Shown piece by piece: positions 29,688 through 40,572 of a stretch of DNA of 64,000 bases. The notes below the pieces were generated by a model, which saw only the letters and a list, made by a program, of their open reading frames with translations, was not told where the DNA came from and made no database searches. A program made the translations under genes and the position numbers. This DNA comes from an uncultured virus (IMG/VR IMGVR_UViG_3300005458_000017). Its lineage: Duplodnaviria; Heunggongvirae; Uroviricota; Caudoviricetes. Every line of letters begins with the position of its first letter. Position 1 is the stretch's first letter. The stretch is from IMG/VR virus record IMGVR_UViG_3300005458_000017. The stretch is one strand, 5' to 3'.

Positions 29688-30057
29688 GGTCGCGATCCCA
29701 CACCCACGTCTCGCCGGTGACCTTGTCCTGCATCGTCAGTTTGTTGATGCGCTTGACCTTGATCCAGTTCTCGCTGGTCGGATCATTATTCTGAAAAACT
29801 TTTTCCTCCGTCGTGACGCGGCTTACTTCCGACCAGCGCGACGGCGGGGCTTTCTTGGCGCTCGCACCAGATGCACCCTGCGGTCCTTGCGGGCCTTGTC
29901 TACCGGTGATGAAATTGATCACCTGCCGCATCTGGTTTACGGTATTGGTCAGCGACGCCAGGTTGGGCTGCGCCAGCGGGATCGACGGCAGCGACTGGAT
30001 CGGTTTCGGCGCGTCCGGTTGTTCCGGCGGAATATGACAGACTGTGGGATCGACCAT
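29680..30057 (-). CDS. Tail-region protein with short collagen stretch
   Basis: GRQGPQGPQGASGAS. Confidence 0.65.
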   Translation of the reverse strand: MVDPTVCHIPPEQPDAPKPIQSLPSIPLAQPNLASLTNTVNQMRQVINFITGRQGPQGPQGASGASAKKAPPSRWSEVSRVTTEEKVFQNNDPTSENWIKVKRINKLTMQDKVTGETWVWDRDRG

Positions 30058-30061
30058 GGGA

Positions 30062-32803
30062 TTAGACCTTCGCCAGCGCCTTTACCGATGTGCCGATCTG
30101 GACGTTCTCGATTGGCACGCGCGCCGTGATCTCGAAATACCAGGTCTCGTGCTTGGTATCGCCGAGGATGCGCAGCAACTCTTGCACTTTCCTGATCTCG
30201 CGCACGGTGATCAGCACGTCGTCGCCGGCGAACACGCGGATGAAGCCGTAGCGATCGGCAGGGAGCGTGTTCCACACGGGATCGTTGGTGTCGTTTTGTA
30301 GCCGCGTCGGATTTAAGTTCGGCGTTCCCGCCGGAATCGTGAACTTGACCCGCATAGCGCTGAAATTTTTGCGGGCGTTCTGCTGGAATTTTTTCGATCG
30401 CCAGGTGTAGACGACGCTCGTGGGCGCTGCGTCACTGAAGTCATAATAGAACACCTGGTTGTTCTGCACCACGAGCGCCGTGGCGGACCAGTGATCGATG
30501 GTGAGATTGTCCACGTTGAACCCGTTGGGACCGTTCAACAGATTGAACCCCATACGGTGGCCGCCCGGCTGCGGCCAGATCGTAAAGCTCTGTGCATCCG
30601 CCGGATTAAGCTCGATCGTGAAGCCCCTTTGGGACTCGCTGGTGTCACCGTTGCGGGTGCATCCCAGCGCGAAAAACTGCGAGGCCAGGAACACCGCAAC
30701 CAGGTTTTTTTGCGAGGTCAGTTGCTGCCACTTCTCGCGCGTGATCCAAAGCTCTGTGGTGTTGGTCACGGACCCGTATTGCGTCACCAGGATCAGGCCA
30801 TTGCGACCGGCATAGTAGACACCATCCGTGTTTCCCAGGATGCTCTTGCGCGAGTGACACGGCTCGCTGTTCTGGATTTTCACCGCCGTCATCGATCCGG
30901 GGCTTGTCCCCGTCGCGATATATGGTGCGCCACTGGTGCAGGCAACGACGGTTGAACCCGTCACGCCGAGCCCGACGATCGGATACTCGGTGGTTAGGGT
31001 ATAACTCGCAGGCCACGCATGAGGCCGGTACGGCTCACTGAACCAAATCTCGTTCCCCACCCAACCAACGGCCATGCCGTTCGGCATGGAGATAATCCCC
31101 TGCAAGCCCTCCGGCGGGGGGGTCCACAACTGGCTCTGAAGCTGGAAGTTGGTGACGACTATGTCGTCTGTGATTATATCGCTGTAGCTCGCCGTCGTTA
31201 CGGCGAGATCAGCGATAAAGAAATAAGTCGTGGCGCCGGCAGTGGCGGTGACCGAACGATACAGCCTGATCATCTTGATGTTGCGGGTGATGCCCAGTTG
31301 GTCCGGCGGCGGCTCGAACAGGTTGATCGTCCAGGTGCCGTTGCTCCAGCCGGTCACCACCGTCGCCGGCGACGGTGGGCTTTCTTCGTCGTATTCGGTG
31401 ACGTAGGTGTAGACGTAGCTGCGCGCTTCCTGCACAGAAGAAGCCGTGAAGTCTCCCCACACCTGCAAATCGGCAAAGCCAGAAGACCCGCTGTTTACAA
31501 TCAGCGGGGGGCCGTTCGAAAACGTATTAAGTCCGACAAACCCCGCGGAGCCGGCGTCGTCGGCGATCTGGAACGCGATCGGCGTGTCGCACATGAAGCC
31601 GATCCAGTACTGCGTGTTCGTCAACAACCCCGTCGGATTGACGAACGCACTGGTGACGTTCGAGCCTGCGGCTGTCCCCGTGACCGGCTGGCCGGCATTC
31701 AGCAGTTGGTGGGGGACGCCGTTGAGATCGTCGTAGACCAGCGCGGCGAACCGCGCAGTGGTACTTGAGGTTTGCGGCACGGCGGTGACATCGTTCAGGA
31801 TCATCGCGCCGGTCGGCGTAACTGGGATCAGGTAGATGATATTCGAGCCGGGGGTGCCAACATTAGAAGAAGTGCTGGTCGAGAACCCCAGAGTGGCAGT
31901 ATTCCCGCCCCCGCTAACCGTGACGCCCGGCGCGCATCCAGGCGCGGGAACACCCAAAAGCCATGGCGGTAGGCCTGCCTCGATGCGCGCCCGCGTGTTG
32001 TACTGCGGGGCGAGCGACGGGCTGGCGAAGTAATAACGGTCAAAACTGTCATCCACCACCGGCGAACGCATCACGTCGGTCTCCGGGTCGACGAATTCCA
32101 GCCAGGTGGCCGCCCCGGTGATCGAGCTATCGAACGTCTGGTTCAGGCCGCCTTGAAATGTAGTCGTCGGAGCGGTGACGTACTTCCACTGAAGCCGCGC
32201 GCCCGCGGTACTGTCTGCAACGAGCGTGGTATTGTAGGCCGCACCGAACGCCGGTGCGAACACCTGAATTCGTACCACGTCCAGTGCGAGGATGTTCTTG
32301 GTGACGGGTGACGTTTGGTCGACGGCGGGGTTGGCGACGGTGCCGGTGCCGTAGAGCGTGCCCTGGTTGGTCGCCTTGCCGTTCTCCTGGGTGAAGGCGC
32401 CATATAAATTGGTCGCGCTTGCCGCGGCACTGGCACCAATTAAAACGTCATACGCTTTGGTTACCGTGGCGGTAAACGTATATACTTCCTCGCCCAAGGT
32501 AATCTGATCCCCCTGGATCGGATTACCGAGGAAATATAAAGTCGCATTAGCGATCGCCTGCGTGGTGGTCGGCACGCGATAGACCATCTTCGCTGCGGTG
32601 TTGTTCAGGTTGCGCAGCACCTTGGGCTGGCGCCAGCCTTCGAGCCGCCCGGAGAACAGATATCCGTTCAGTGACGACGTCGCCTGTCCATCCGGCAGAA
32701 GAAGATCGCTCCAGGCCGGCAGCATCCCGCCGAACTGCTGGAGTTTAAAGCTGTCCGGCTTGGACTGGGTATTGTTGCTCGGCTGCGGCGTCGGATCGGT
32801 CAT
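30062..32803 (-). CDS. Tail nozzle/stabilization protein (tubular protein B-like)
   Basis: QQFGGMLP, RSYVYTYVT...EES.PSP, MPNG, FSEPYRPHAWP, YTWRSKKF. Confidence 0.8.
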   Translation of the reverse strand: MTDPTPQPSNNTQSKPDSFKLQQFGGMLPAWSDLLLPDGQATSSLNGYLFSGRLEGWRQPKVLRNLNNTAAKMVYRVPTTTQAIANATLYFLGNPIQGDQITLGEEVYTFTATVTKAYDVLIGASAAASATNLYGAFTQENGKATNQGTLYGTGTVANPAVDQTSPVTKNILALDVVRIQVFAPAFGAAYNTTLVADSTAGARLQWKYVTAPTTTFQGGLNQTFDSSITGAATWLEFVDPETDVMRSPVVDDSFDRYYFASPSLAPQYNTRARIEAGLPPWLLGVPAPGCAPGVTVSGGGNTATLGFSTSTSSNVGTPGSNIIYLIPVTPTGAMILNDVTAVPQTSSTTARFAALVYDDLNGVPHQLLNAGQPVTGTAAGSNVTSAFVNPTGLLTNTQYWIGFMCDTPIAFQIADDAGSAGFVGLNTFSNGPPLIVNSGSSGFADLQVWGDFTASSVQEARSYVYTYVTEYDEESPPSPATVVTGWSNGTWTINLFEPPPDQLGITRNIKMIRLYRSVTATAGATTYFFIADLAVTTASYSDIITDDIVVTNFQLQSQLWTPPPEGLQGIISMPNGMAVGWVGNEIWFSEPYRPHAWPASYTLTTEYPIVGLGVTGSTVVACTSGAPYIATGTSPGSMTAVKIQNSEPCHSRKSILGNTDGVYYAGRNGLILVTQYGSVTNTTELWITREKWQQLTSQKNLVAVFLASQFFALGCTRNGDTSESQRGFTIELNPADAQSFTIWPQPGGHRMGFNLLNGPNGFNVDNLTIDHWSATALVVQNNQVFYYDFSDAAPTSVVYTWRSKKFQQNARKNFSAMRVKFTIPAGTPNLNPTRLQNDTNDPVWNTLPADRYGFIRVFAGDDVLITVREIRKVQELLRILGDTKHETWYFEITARVPIENVQIGTSVKALAKV

Positions 32804-32810
32804 GCCCCTC

Positions 32811-33269
32811 TCATGCGTCGGGGGTGATTAATCCCAACTTACCGGTGACCGGGTCCGGGACCATATTATTCGGTCTGTGAGCCGGGGTCGAAAATCCTTC
32901 CGTCTTGGGATCGGCGACCGGCTGGGGGCGCAACGCCAGTTGTTCCTCGGCCTTTTTGACCGCCCGGCGGCCGGCTTCCAGTTCCTGCTCGCGTGCCGAC
33001 AATTGTCGCTCCGTCATCGGCGGCGGCACATAGACCGGTTTCGGCTTGTCGGCGTGGGCGCGAAGCGTATCGAGCAGTTTCTCGCGGCCTTGCGCGGCGA
33101 GGCCGGCGATACTCACGAACTCCTCCGGTTCGACGTTCTTGTCGCCGACGGCTTCGGCAGCCTTGATCTTGTCGGCCATGATCTTTTCTTCGGCGTCAGC
33201 CTGAGCCCTTAACTTGAGCGTCGGCTTCTCCTCGTTCGCTGTCGGGTGCTTGTCCTGATTGGCTGGCAT
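32811..33269 (-). CDS. Hypothetical protein
   Basis: AGGAG RBS. Confidence 0.7.
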   Translation of the reverse strand: MPANQDKHPTANEEKPTLKLRAQADAEEKIMADKIKAAEAVGDKNVEPEEFVSIAGLAAQGREKLLDTLRAHADKPKPVYVPPPMTERQLSAREQELEAGRRAVKKAEEQLALRPQPVADPKTEGFSTPAHRPNNMVPDPVTGKLGLITPDA

Positions 33270-33361
33270 TGTCTTCTCCTAGTGATGCGGCACGATAAGC
33301 GCCGTGGTCGGCGCGTGAAAATCGCCCGCCGCTGATATGTCCCGGGCGAGTAGGGGCGGGT

Positions 33362-33811
33362 TTATTGCGCTCCATCGTGGTAGTCTTCCCATTTGCAGGG
33401 GCGCACGAACTCTTGCGCATCGATATAAAGCAGTTCCGGATGATCCGACGGGCCTTCCCAGCCGTGCTTGGCGAGAACGCGTGCAGTTCGGTCTTTATAA
33501 AACATCCACAGCATCTGCGTGCCTTCCTCGCTGTAGGGACCCTCCGGACCAAGCGAGGCCGAATGAAAGCCGAACTCGGCGTTGCGGGTGGCGCAGACGC
33601 GGTCGTTAGGGAGGAAAGCCAGGACGAGGGTGCAAGCCGAAACACACCTGCCCTCAATACGAACCTGGTCGCCGGCCTCATACCACTGCCAGTATTTGGC
33701 AATAAAGGCGACCACGATCCCGCCGGGATCGTCAGCAATCGTGTGCGTGGTGGACGCCGCGGCCGGGCTGCTACTGAGCATCAGGAGAATCGCAATCACC
33801 GCCCGCCACAT
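33362..33811 (-). CDS. Secreted ClpP/crotonase-fold-like protein
   Basis: Signal peptide; DDPGG, I.G.C.SACT, FGFH. Confidence 0.65.
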   Translation of the reverse strand: MWRAVIAILLMLSSSPAAASTTHTIADDPGGIVVAFIAKYWQWYEAGDQVRIEGRCVSACTLVLAFLPNDRVCATRNAEFGFHSASLGPEGPYSEEGTQMLWMFYKDRTARVLAKHGWEGPSDHPELLYIDAQEFVRPCKWEDYHDGAQ

Positions 33812-33813
33812 GT

Positions 33814-33999
33814 TTACTTCCCCCTGCCCGAGGGTCTGAATTTCGCGAACGTCTGTGCCAGGCGCGCCTGCTTGCCGAGTCGTCCGGGCGCGTTCTTCTC
33901 CTTCGCCGCGTAAGCCTGCGTCGACATGCCGGCCTTCTCGGCTTTTGCCTTGAATGCACCGGGGCGCTTCACGGCGTTCTTCATCCAGTCGCCGGCCAT
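33814..33999 (-). CDS. Small basic protein
   Basis: W...AVKRPGAF...G.LGKQARLA.T. Confidence 0.65.
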   Translation of the reverse strand: MAGDWMKNAVKRPGAFKAKAEKAGMSTQAYAAKEKNAPGRLGKQARLAQTFAKFRPSGRGK

Positions 34000-34000
34000 C

Positions 34001-34444
34001 TCACTCCCCTGTTTTACTGTTGAAATACATGTGCCCGACCGCGGCCACGGAGCCGGCACCAAAAATGCCGGCAATGATGACGCCCGCCCATGTGCCAACT
34101 GTGCCAGTGATCTCCGGGGTGAACCCATACACGCCGTAAATCCATTTGCAGAAGACGTTGTCCCAAATCACGACCTTCCATTCGTAGATGATCCAGGGGA
34201 AGGCAAAACCGCCGACCAGGAACATCAGGAACTTGCTCTGCGCCACCGTGTTGAGGAACGATACCCGTACCTGTCCCTCTGCGACGATCCCGGTCACCAA
34301 CTGCTTTGCGACTTCGACGTTGCCGCCGATGCGTGCGGTAGTGATTTTCACCTTGCTGTCGTAGTACTTCGCAGCAAAAGCGTTGACGCCGTTGACGAGC
34401 GCGGGCAGGGCCTGGACGAAAGCAAGGATCGCCGTGAGGATCAC
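34001..34444 (-). CDS. Holin-like membrane protein
   Basis: Two to three hydrophobic helices, downstream of endolysin. Confidence 0.65.
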   Translation of the reverse strand: MILTAILAFVQALPALVNGVNAFAAKYYDSKVKITTARIGGNVEVAKQLVTGIVAEGQVRVSFLNTVAQSKFLMFLVGGFAFPWIIYEWKVVIWDNVFCKWIYGVYGFTPEITGTVGTWAGVIIAGIFGAGSVAAVGHMYFNSKTGE

Positions 34445-34686
34445 CTGATGCTCCCGTCCGGATTATACTCGGCATTGCGCCGGCGCAGGCTTTCGGAGAT
34501 CAGTGCGTTGACGAAGATGTAACACTGCAAGAGTCGGTGATCGCTGATGATCTCCGACAGGTCGACGGATTGAAGCGCCGTGTAGACGATCAACACGACG
34601 TACTGCGCCCGCGCCCACCAGATCAGTTCGCTGGAGTGAAACGTGCTGTGCAGGTAACCGAGTTCGGCCTTGATCCGCTGCCACAT
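34441..34686 (-). CDS. Small membrane protein (holin/antiholin candidate)
   Basis: Hydrophobic segments; coupled to endolysin stop. Confidence 0.55.
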   Translation of the reverse strand: MWQRIKAELGYLHSTFHSSELIWWARAQYVVLIVYTALQSVDLSEIISDHRLLQCYIFVNALISESLRRRNAEYNPDGSIR

Positions 34687-35366
34687 TAGCCGGCCATCCT
34701 GTTGTGGATGACAAGTCCGACGATCGCGATGACAGCCGCCGCAATGACGACAATCGCGACGGTAGTATGACTGGCACCGGCGGCATGCGCCGCGGCGCCC
34801 GCAGAGCCCGCCGACGTCACAACGACAGCCGTCTTCTTTTTCGAGATGGCGGGCACCGCGGTCGGAACGGTAGTCGAAATAACTGCGCCGGCGAACACCC
34901 GGCGCTGAGCTTCTAGCCAATCCGCGGCGGGAGCCGGATAGGGCTTGCCGGCTTCATGGCCGGCTTGCGCCTTGAGAAAGGCGAGCCCCATCGGGCCCTT
35001 CCAGAACGCATCGTCCATGATCGTGTCGCGGGTCATACCCGGCACGCGGGCGAGCACATAGGCTTCATAACTAGGCGTATTGTTGTGACCATCCCAAATG
35101 TCGATCGCAGCCTCGAATTTCTTGTTCTTGTAGTTCGGGGACGTGCGCCACAGGTCAAGCTGCGCGCAGATGCCATGCACGTAGGTCGGAAACACTGCGA
35201 TGTTATTGCCTTGACCGAGGCCGTCGTTGAGGTAGACCGTCTGCACGCTTCCCCATTTCCTGGCCAGCGGATTGTTGGTTTCAACGGTACTGTCCGCGGA
35301 AGGCCGTTTTCCGGTTCTGCCCCACATCGCGCCGGGGTTTTTATAGCGAATCGAGGCGGGCTCCAT
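34686..35366 (-). CDS. Putative endolysin (lysozyme-like) with C-terminal transmembrane segment
   Basis: SIRYKNPGAM, F.T...G, W...N....Y, A.HE.G; within membrane-protein cluster. Confidence 0.7.
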   Translation of the reverse strand: MEPASIRYKNPGAMWGRTGKRPSADSTVETNNPLARKWGSVQTVYLNDGLGQGNNIAVFPTYVHGICAQLDLWRTSPNYKNKKFEAAIDIWDGHNNTPSYEAYVLARVPGMTRDTIMDDAFWKGPMGLAFLKAQAGHEAGKPYPAPAADWLEAQRRVFAGAVISTTVPTAVPAISKKKTAVVVTSAGSAGAAAHAAGASHTTVAIVVIAAAVIAIVGLVIHNRMAG

Positions 35367-35367
35367 G

Positions 35368-35634
35368 TTACGCGGCCGGCGGTGCGGCTACCGGAGCAGC
35401 CAGGGCTGGAGCGGCCACAACTGGCTTCACTGGCGCGATCTTCGCGATCAACGACGCCTGGTACTGTTTGACGTCCGCAAGCAAACCAGCTTCGACATTC
35501 TTCAGGCCGGCCCGCATGTCAGCCGGGACGCCGGCGAAAAAATCCTTGATCTTCTGGGAAAAGACCAGCGTGACGACGAACACGGCAACATAGCCTGCGA
35601 GCGTCAGATCGACGTAGGCGAGAAGGGTGGACAT
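35368..35634 (-). CDS. Membrane protein of the lysis region
   Basis: N-terminal TM, Ala/Pro tail. Confidence 0.6.
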   Translation of the reverse strand: MSTLLAYVDLTLAGYVAVFVVTLVFSQKIKDFFAGVPADMRAGLKNVEAGLLADVKQYQASLIAKIAPVKPVVAAPALAAPVAAPPAA

Positions 35635-35645
35635 GGCGATCTCCG

Positions 35646-35936
35646 TCAGGGGGCTACGACCGTGTATGCAACCGTGTGCTTCACGATTTCGGTTCTGCTG
35701 TCGGTACCCTGTAAATCAACGGTAAAGTTTTCATTTACCGCACCGCCGTTGACGAAGAACACCCCTTCACCTTCGGCGTTTACCGACACCTGCGAGATCG
35801 TCGCCGTCGTGGTGGAAGCGGGATCAATCACCGCGGTGAACGCCGTGATCGTGATCCCGGGCTCCAGGAACTCGGAGAAGTCTACGATATAACGGATAGA
35901 GTTGCCCGCGGTGTGAAACAGATTTTTCAGCAACAT
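35646..35936 (-). CDS. Fibre adaptor-like protein, paralogous to the N-terminus of 35954..37117
   Basis: MLL......G..IRYIVD..E.L shared. Confidence 0.7.
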   Translation of the reverse strand: MLLKNLFHTAGNSIRYIVDFSEFLEPGITITAFTAVIDPASTTTATISQVSVNAEGEGVFFVNGGAVNENFTVDLQGTDSRTEIVKHTVAYTVVAP

Positions 35937-35953
35937 TGAGATTCTCCCATCAT

Positions 35954-37117
35954 TTAGTGGACAATAAACCCGGCAAAAAAACAAAATACGCCGTCAAGGA
36001 TAATGGTGCCGGTGGCCTGAACGACCCCAAACAACTCGTAGAAATCGGTCCCGTTGGCCTGATCCACAAAAAGGACAGTGGTTCCGTCGGCTTTATTCGC
36101 GAAAGCTTGCATTTGGATACCTTCAGCGATGCGTACTCCATTCTTAAAGATCGCAGGGATAACATACTGTCCAACCGCGATCGTAATGGGATCCGCAGTG
36201 GCCAAACACGCGGATATAGCGACGACGCCGGCTGGCGGCGTCCACCTGAAGTTCGTCACGTTGTCATAGTGTGATCCGCCGACTTCGAACACTTTGTTGT
36301 TCAGAGCTAATTTCGTGAACGCAGAGGAGCCGGCGAAACCGGAAAAATTCGTCCCGCCAAAGTCGGCACGAAAAGCCACCACCGCGGCAGCATTGCCGGT
36401 GGGTCCAGTGCTACCGATCGATCCCGTAGAGCCAGTGTTGCCGGTGGGTCCAGTCACACCTTGGATGCCCTGCGCTCCCGTAGGACCAGTCACGCCCTGA
36501 ATGCCTTGCGTACCAGTAGGTCCGGTCGCACCTTGGATACCCGGTGATCCCGTTGGACCAACACCTCCGTTTGTTCCCGGATTACCTTGTTGACCAGTCG
36601 GTCCGGTCGCGCCCTGAATGCCCTGCGATCCCGTCGGACCGGTCACACCTTGCACGCCAGTGTTTCCGGTGGGACCGGGGTTGCCTTGCAAACCCGTCGG
36701 ACCTGTTACACCCGATCCTGTTGCGCCTGTTGGCCCTGCGCCGCCGGCTCCCGTCGCACCGGTCGCACCGGTAGGACCGACGATCGAGAGCATCAGTTGC
36801 TGGTTGCCGGACAGAATGACCTGACCGCCGTTGGTCCCGATCGTGACCTGGTAGTGGTCGTAACGGATTTGGCTGCGCGACGTCGTCTGCGCGAAGATCA
36901 CATCGAACTGGTCGCCCAGCGTGCCGTTGTTGAGGAAGAAGCAAAACGCGCGATCGTTGGTCGCCGGCAAGACCTGCACGCCGTCGACCGTCGCGGTACC
37001 CGCATCTATCGTTGCGACAACACTGGCCAACGTCTCGTCAGCGCCCAGCCATTCGTCGCAATCGACGATGTAGCGAATCCGTTCGCCGACATTCTGGCTG
37101 ATCGTGCGAAGAAGCAT
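35954..37117 (-). CDS. Collagen-like tail fibre with C1q-like head
   Basis: Long (GxT/GxQ)n region; C-terminal VAFRA...FRWTPPAG...L..NG. Confidence 0.8.
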   Translation of the reverse strand: MLLRTISQNVGERIRYIVDCDEWLGADETLASVVATIDAGTATVDGVQVLPATNDRAFCFFLNNGTLGDQFDVIFAQTTSRSQIRYDHYQVTIGTNGGQVILSGNQQLMLSIVGPTGATGATGAGGAGPTGATGSGVTGPTGLQGNPGPTGNTGVQGVTGPTGSQGIQGATGPTGQQGNPGTNGGVGPTGSPGIQGATGPTGTQGIQGVTGPTGAQGIQGVTGPTGNTGSTGSIGSTGPTGNAAAVVAFRADFGGTNFSGFAGSSAFTKLALNNKVFEVGGSHYDNVTNFRWTPPAGVVAISACLATADPITIAVGQYVIPAIFKNGVRIAEGIQMQAFANKADGTTVLFVDQANGTDFYELFGVVQATGTIILDGVFCFFAGFIVH

Positions 37118-37118
37118 G

Positions 37119-37244
37119 TTACTTCCTCGGCGGCACGGGAATGCGACGATCGATCGGTTTGATCGCGATCACGCGTATGACCGGCGGCACGGTGATACGG
37201 CGTGGCACCGGCGGCACAAGGATGCGAACGGCGGGTTCTCCCAT
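37119..37244 (-). CDS. Small Pro/Arg/Val repeat peptide (41 aa)
   Basis: RILVPP/RITVPP/RIPVPP; fills the gap between genes. Confidence 0.5.
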   Translation of the reverse strand: MGEPAVRILVPPVPRRITVPPVIRVIAIKPIDRRIPVPPRK

Positions 37245-37247
37245 GGA

Positions 37248-37853
37248 TCACCCCACGATCAGGCCGCGGGACGAAGCCGGCAACACGAACGCATCCCAGC
37301 TAGTAAATCCGCTCGGAATCGCCTGCACGAAAGCCGAGGCGCCGAAATTCACCGTGGCGTGCGGTGAACCTGAGTTTGCCTGTAGTCTTACCGCACCAAA
37401 CCAACCGGAAGACCCAGGTATATTAAATCCACCTACATTTGTGGTCGGGTTCGCCGTACCACTATTATTCCAGATACCTGCATCCAGGCGGCCCCATATT
37501 TTGCTATTTACCAAATCGAGCGCGAAGCAGGCCACATGGCCGGAAGGATCGGGCAGCCCAGTCACGTCAAAACCACCGCCGCTGCCGAAGATGCCGCCTT
37601 GCGAAAGGCCTATCGTGTTGGAAGACGCCAGCCCGTCGGTCTCATTCCAACTGCTATTGGCTAAACCCACCCAGTCGCTGCTATTGGAAAGCAATATGGT
37701 AGGAAACTCGAAATAGAACTTGCCCCCGGAAGCGAGCAGTTTCTGCGTCGTCGATCGCACGCCGTCAGCCGTGTTGACACTATTCGTCGCCGTAAGGTTA
37801 CCCCCTGACAAAACGATGTCGGCGGTTTTGTCAGCAGGGTTCCACGTCGTCAT
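37248..37853 (-). CDS. SPRY/lectin-like beta-sandwich tail protein
   Basis: [18 protein letters not shown]...KIW, NFG...F....PSGF. Confidence 0.7.
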   Translation of the reverse strand: MTTWNPADKTADIVLSGGNLTATNSVNTADGVRSTTQKLLASGGKFYFEFPTILLSNSSDWVGLANSSWNETDGLASSNTIGLSQGGIFGSGGGFDVTGLPDPSGHVACFALDLVNSKIWGRLDAGIWNNSGTANPTTNVGGFNIPGSSGWFGAVRLQANSGSPHATVNFGASAFVQAIPSGFTSWDAFVLPASSRGLIVG

Positions 37854-38650
37854 GTGCGCGTGACTTTCAGCGACAACGTGACGCGCGTGATCGTCGTCGC
37901 GCTATTGACGTTGAACCCGAGAATGTCGCCGGCAGCGATCGACGTGGTCCAGCCAGACAGCGTGCTGTCTTGCGCCACCACGCCGCTGGAAATCGTCGGT
38001 GGTGTGGTGCTGGTGATCTTGTCTGTCGCGGCCGGATGCGTCGGCGGCGCAAACGCGGCTTCCGTACATTTGAAAATGTCGACCACCACCGAGCCAGTCT
38101 GATCAGCCAGCGTGGTGACCCGGTTGATCGTGCAAGCAAAGGGTATCTCCAGGTATCCTTTGATACCTGTGGTCAGCGCCACGCCGCCGCCGTCGATCAC
38201 AAACTCGATGCCGGAGACCTGGCTCGGGCCGGTGGGTCCGGTATTTCCTGTAGGCCCTGTCGGACCACCGCTCGGCCCGGTGTTGCCTGTCGGACCGATT
38301 GACCCGTTGGTACCCGCGGCGCCAGTTGGTCCCGTACCGAAGGGACCAGTCGGGCCGGTAAACGATGCGCCCGTCGGGCCCGTTCCGCCGACACTCGCCG
38401 GTCCGGTGAAGCCGGTCGCACCTTTTGGACCGGTCACACCGGTTGCGCCGGTCGCGCCGAAGCCAGTCGCGCCGGTCGGACCCGTAACACTAAGGCCGGC
38501 GGCGCCGGTCGAACCTGTGAAGCCGGTCGGACCTGTCGCGCCACCACCCGGACCGGTCGGGCCGCTGACGACGCGTATGGGCTGCGCCAGAATTTGCGCC
38601 GGTGCGACTTCTAGAACGGGCATCTCAATCCTCCGTGATTCCTTGTTCAA
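37850..38650 (-). CDS. Collagen-like fibre protein
   Basis: (GPT/GAT)n; C-terminal IDGGG...TTG.KG. Confidence 0.8.
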   Translation of the reverse strand: MNKESRRIEMPVLEVAPAQILAQPIRVVSGPTGPGGGATGPTGFTGSTGAAGLSVTGPTGATGFGATGATGVTGPKGATGFTGPASVGGTGPTGASFTGPTGPFGTGPTGAAGTNGSIGPTGNTGPSGGPTGPTGNTGPTGPSQVSGIEFVIDGGGVALTTGIKGYLEIPFACTINRVTTLADQTGSVVVDIFKCTEAAFAPPTHPAATDKITSTTPPTISSGVVAQDSTLSGWTTSIAAGDILGFNVNSATTITRVTLSLKVTRT

Positions 38651-38999
38651 TGAAGAGATGCCCGAACATCAACTGCGAACGGATCGGCGGCACGGAGCCA
38701 TCGAGCATGATCAGGTCGTAGACGTACTGCCCGACCGGAAGCGCCGCGGTAATCGCGCTGTCAGGAATGTTGAATTGCAAGATGCGCTGCACAGCGTCGC
38801 TCACAACGATCTGGCCGGCGGCGGATGTCCATGTCACCAACGGCGTCACATCGTTGCGCGAGGCTTTCACTTCCATCTTGAAAGTCATGCCAGTGAACGA
38901 CCACGAGGTATCGCCGACCACGCCGAATTGCAGTGCGTCCTGCATGGTCGCGTTGTTGGTCTCGAACAGATCGACTTGGGCAGCGGTGGGAGCCTGCAT
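38625..38999 (-). CDS. BppU-like fibre-attachment protein
   Basis: FTG.T..M.V, G.YVYDL, G...I..GIT. Confidence 0.65.
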   Translation of the reverse strand: MQAPTAAQVDLFETNNATMQDALQFGVVGDTSWSFTGMTFKMEVKASRNDVTPLVTWTSAAGQIVVSDAVQRILQFNIPDSAITAALPVGQYVYDLIMLDGSVPPIRSQLMFGHLFIEQGITED

Positions 39000-39670
39000 C
39001 AGAACGACCTCTCGTTACCGTTTCCGACCGTGGGCACGCCACCTTGCTGGCTTCGCGTGCGGAAGCCTTGCGGATAAGCCCATGCCTGCGAGCCCACGGT
39101 ATTTGCGCGCAGCTTCGAGACCCGAGCCCGCGCGATGGCATCGCGAAATCGTTTAAGGTGGTACGTCGCCTTGTCCGCGTTGGTATAGCTGCGGCCCGGC
39201 GTGTTCATCATCTTGCCGAGGATGCCGTCGAGCAGTCCGACGTGCCAGATCGGCAACAGCCAGTCGGGCCCTTGCGGGATGCTGTCCTTGGTCAGCGGCA
39301 GGTAGACGTTCTTCACCAGCGCGGCGGTGAACACCTGCGTGACGTTCACCGGGAATTTCAGCGTGATGGTTCCGATGTCGAACATCAGCGCTGGTTGCGG
39401 CGTGCCGTTGCTGTCGATCACGCCGGCGAGCCGGATGATCTGGCCTTCCGTGACCTGTACGGGATAGGCGATGTTGTTCGGAGCACCGGTAGAAGTCACG
39501 CCGGTCGACGGGATCACGTTGAACGGGACCATCTCGGTCCACGCCGAACTGTCGTTGAGAAATTCGCTCAACACGTCATACATCTCATTCTTGAGCGCGG
39601 CGATGCCGGCGCCGGTCAATTGCGCCTGCGCCTGGGCGATCAACTGCTCCCAGTCCTGTTTGTTGATCAT
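38999..39670 (-). CDS. Head-tail adaptor / tail tubular protein A-like
   Basis: Position; G.L..MM..PGR.YTN...A.YH...F. Confidence 0.7.
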   Translation of the reverse strand: MINKQDWEQLIAQAQAQLTGAGIAALKNEMYDVLSEFLNDSSAWTEMVPFNVIPSTGVTSTGAPNNIAYPVQVTEGQIIRLAGVIDSNGTPQPALMFDIGTITLKFPVNVTQVFTAALVKNVYLPLTKDSIPQGPDWLLPIWHVGLLDGILGKMMNTPGRSYTNADKATYHLKRFRDAIARARVSKLRANTVGSQAWAYPQGFRTRSQQGGVPTVGNGNERSF

Positions 39671-40071
39671 TGTGGTTGGCCTCCGGCGCCGGAGCCGGGT
39701 CGCGTGCCGGTGAGGATGCTGGCAAACGTCGCCAGGAACATCGCGGCGCGAACGTCCTGGATATCTTCCTGATCCCGCTCCAGCGCGTAGCCCGTCATAC
39801 CGTGCAGGATGCCGAGCCTGAACTGCGGCTCCATCGGCACCGGTTGGCCCTGGTTCTGGTTGAACTGCGGGACTTCGGGCTCTCCTGGGGCGCGGCGGCG
39901 CAATACAAATAAATCAGGACGTATGCGGCGTGCTTCGAACAAGGTGAGGTTGAGCGCGGTCAGCAGCGAGGGATCGTCGTAGCGAAACGGCGAGATCAAA
40001 TCCTGCAACAGCACCCGACTGTCGTTGACATAGTCGGTCACCGTCGCGAGTTCACTGAGGAAGGTGCCCAT
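39667..40071 (-). CDS. Head-tail adaptor-like protein
   Basis: R.LLQD....RY.D..LL..LN......R.RPDLF. Confidence 0.7.
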   Translation of the reverse strand: MGTFLSELATVTDYVNDSRVLLQDLISPFRYDDPSLLTALNLTLFEARRIRPDLFVLRRRAPGEPEVPQFNQNQGQPVPMEPQFRLGILHGMTGYALERDQEDIQDVRAAMFLATFASILTGTRPGSGAGGQPQ

Positions 40072-40085
40072 ACTCCGCAGCCCTT

Positions 40086-40502
40086 TTAGTTGCTGCCGAA
40101 CAGGTCAACTTCGAGCGACGTCGCACCGGCGTAGGTGCCAACAGAGGTCCACTTCACCCGCCAAAAGCGCCCAATGATCCCGTTCTTCGCGGTGTTCGCC
40201 GCCAGCGTACCGTCAGTGAGCGTCGCAACAGCACCCGTAGTAACGGGTCCTGTTGAAGCCAACTTGGTGGCTGCTGCCGTCGTAACCTGGATGTCAAAAA
40301 CATCCATCCAGAAAGAATTATCAAATGACGTCTGGGTATACACATCGACAGACGTGCCGCCGGAGCCATACAAAAATTTGACGATAGCAGTGACCATCCT
40401 CGGAGTGTTCCCCCCGATGTCGATCACCTGCGACAACTGGTTGGCCTGCGCAGTCGTGATGATTGTAGGCGGAAGAAGGATCATGGTGGCGGAACTCCAC
40501 AT
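40086..40502 (-). CDS. Hypothetical virion protein
   Basis: Beta-rich ORF in the structural operon. Confidence 0.65.
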   Translation of the reverse strand: MWSSATMILLPPTIITTAQANQLSQVIDIGGNTPRMVTAIVKFLYGSGGTSVDVYTQTSFDNSFWMDVFDIQVTTAAATKLASTGPVTTGAVATLTDGTLAANTAKNGIIGRFWRVKWTSVGTYAGATSLEVDLFGSN

Positions 40503-40535
40503 AAAAATGCTCCCGGGAACGTCATCCCGGGAGCA
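40503..40535 (-). terminator. Intrinsic terminator
   Basis: TGCTCCCGGGA/TCCCGGGAGCA stem plus TTTTT on minus strand. Confidence 0.75.
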
Positions 40536-40572
40536 CTAAGTTTTCGTAATCGGAGGGTTTAGGTGGGGGGAG

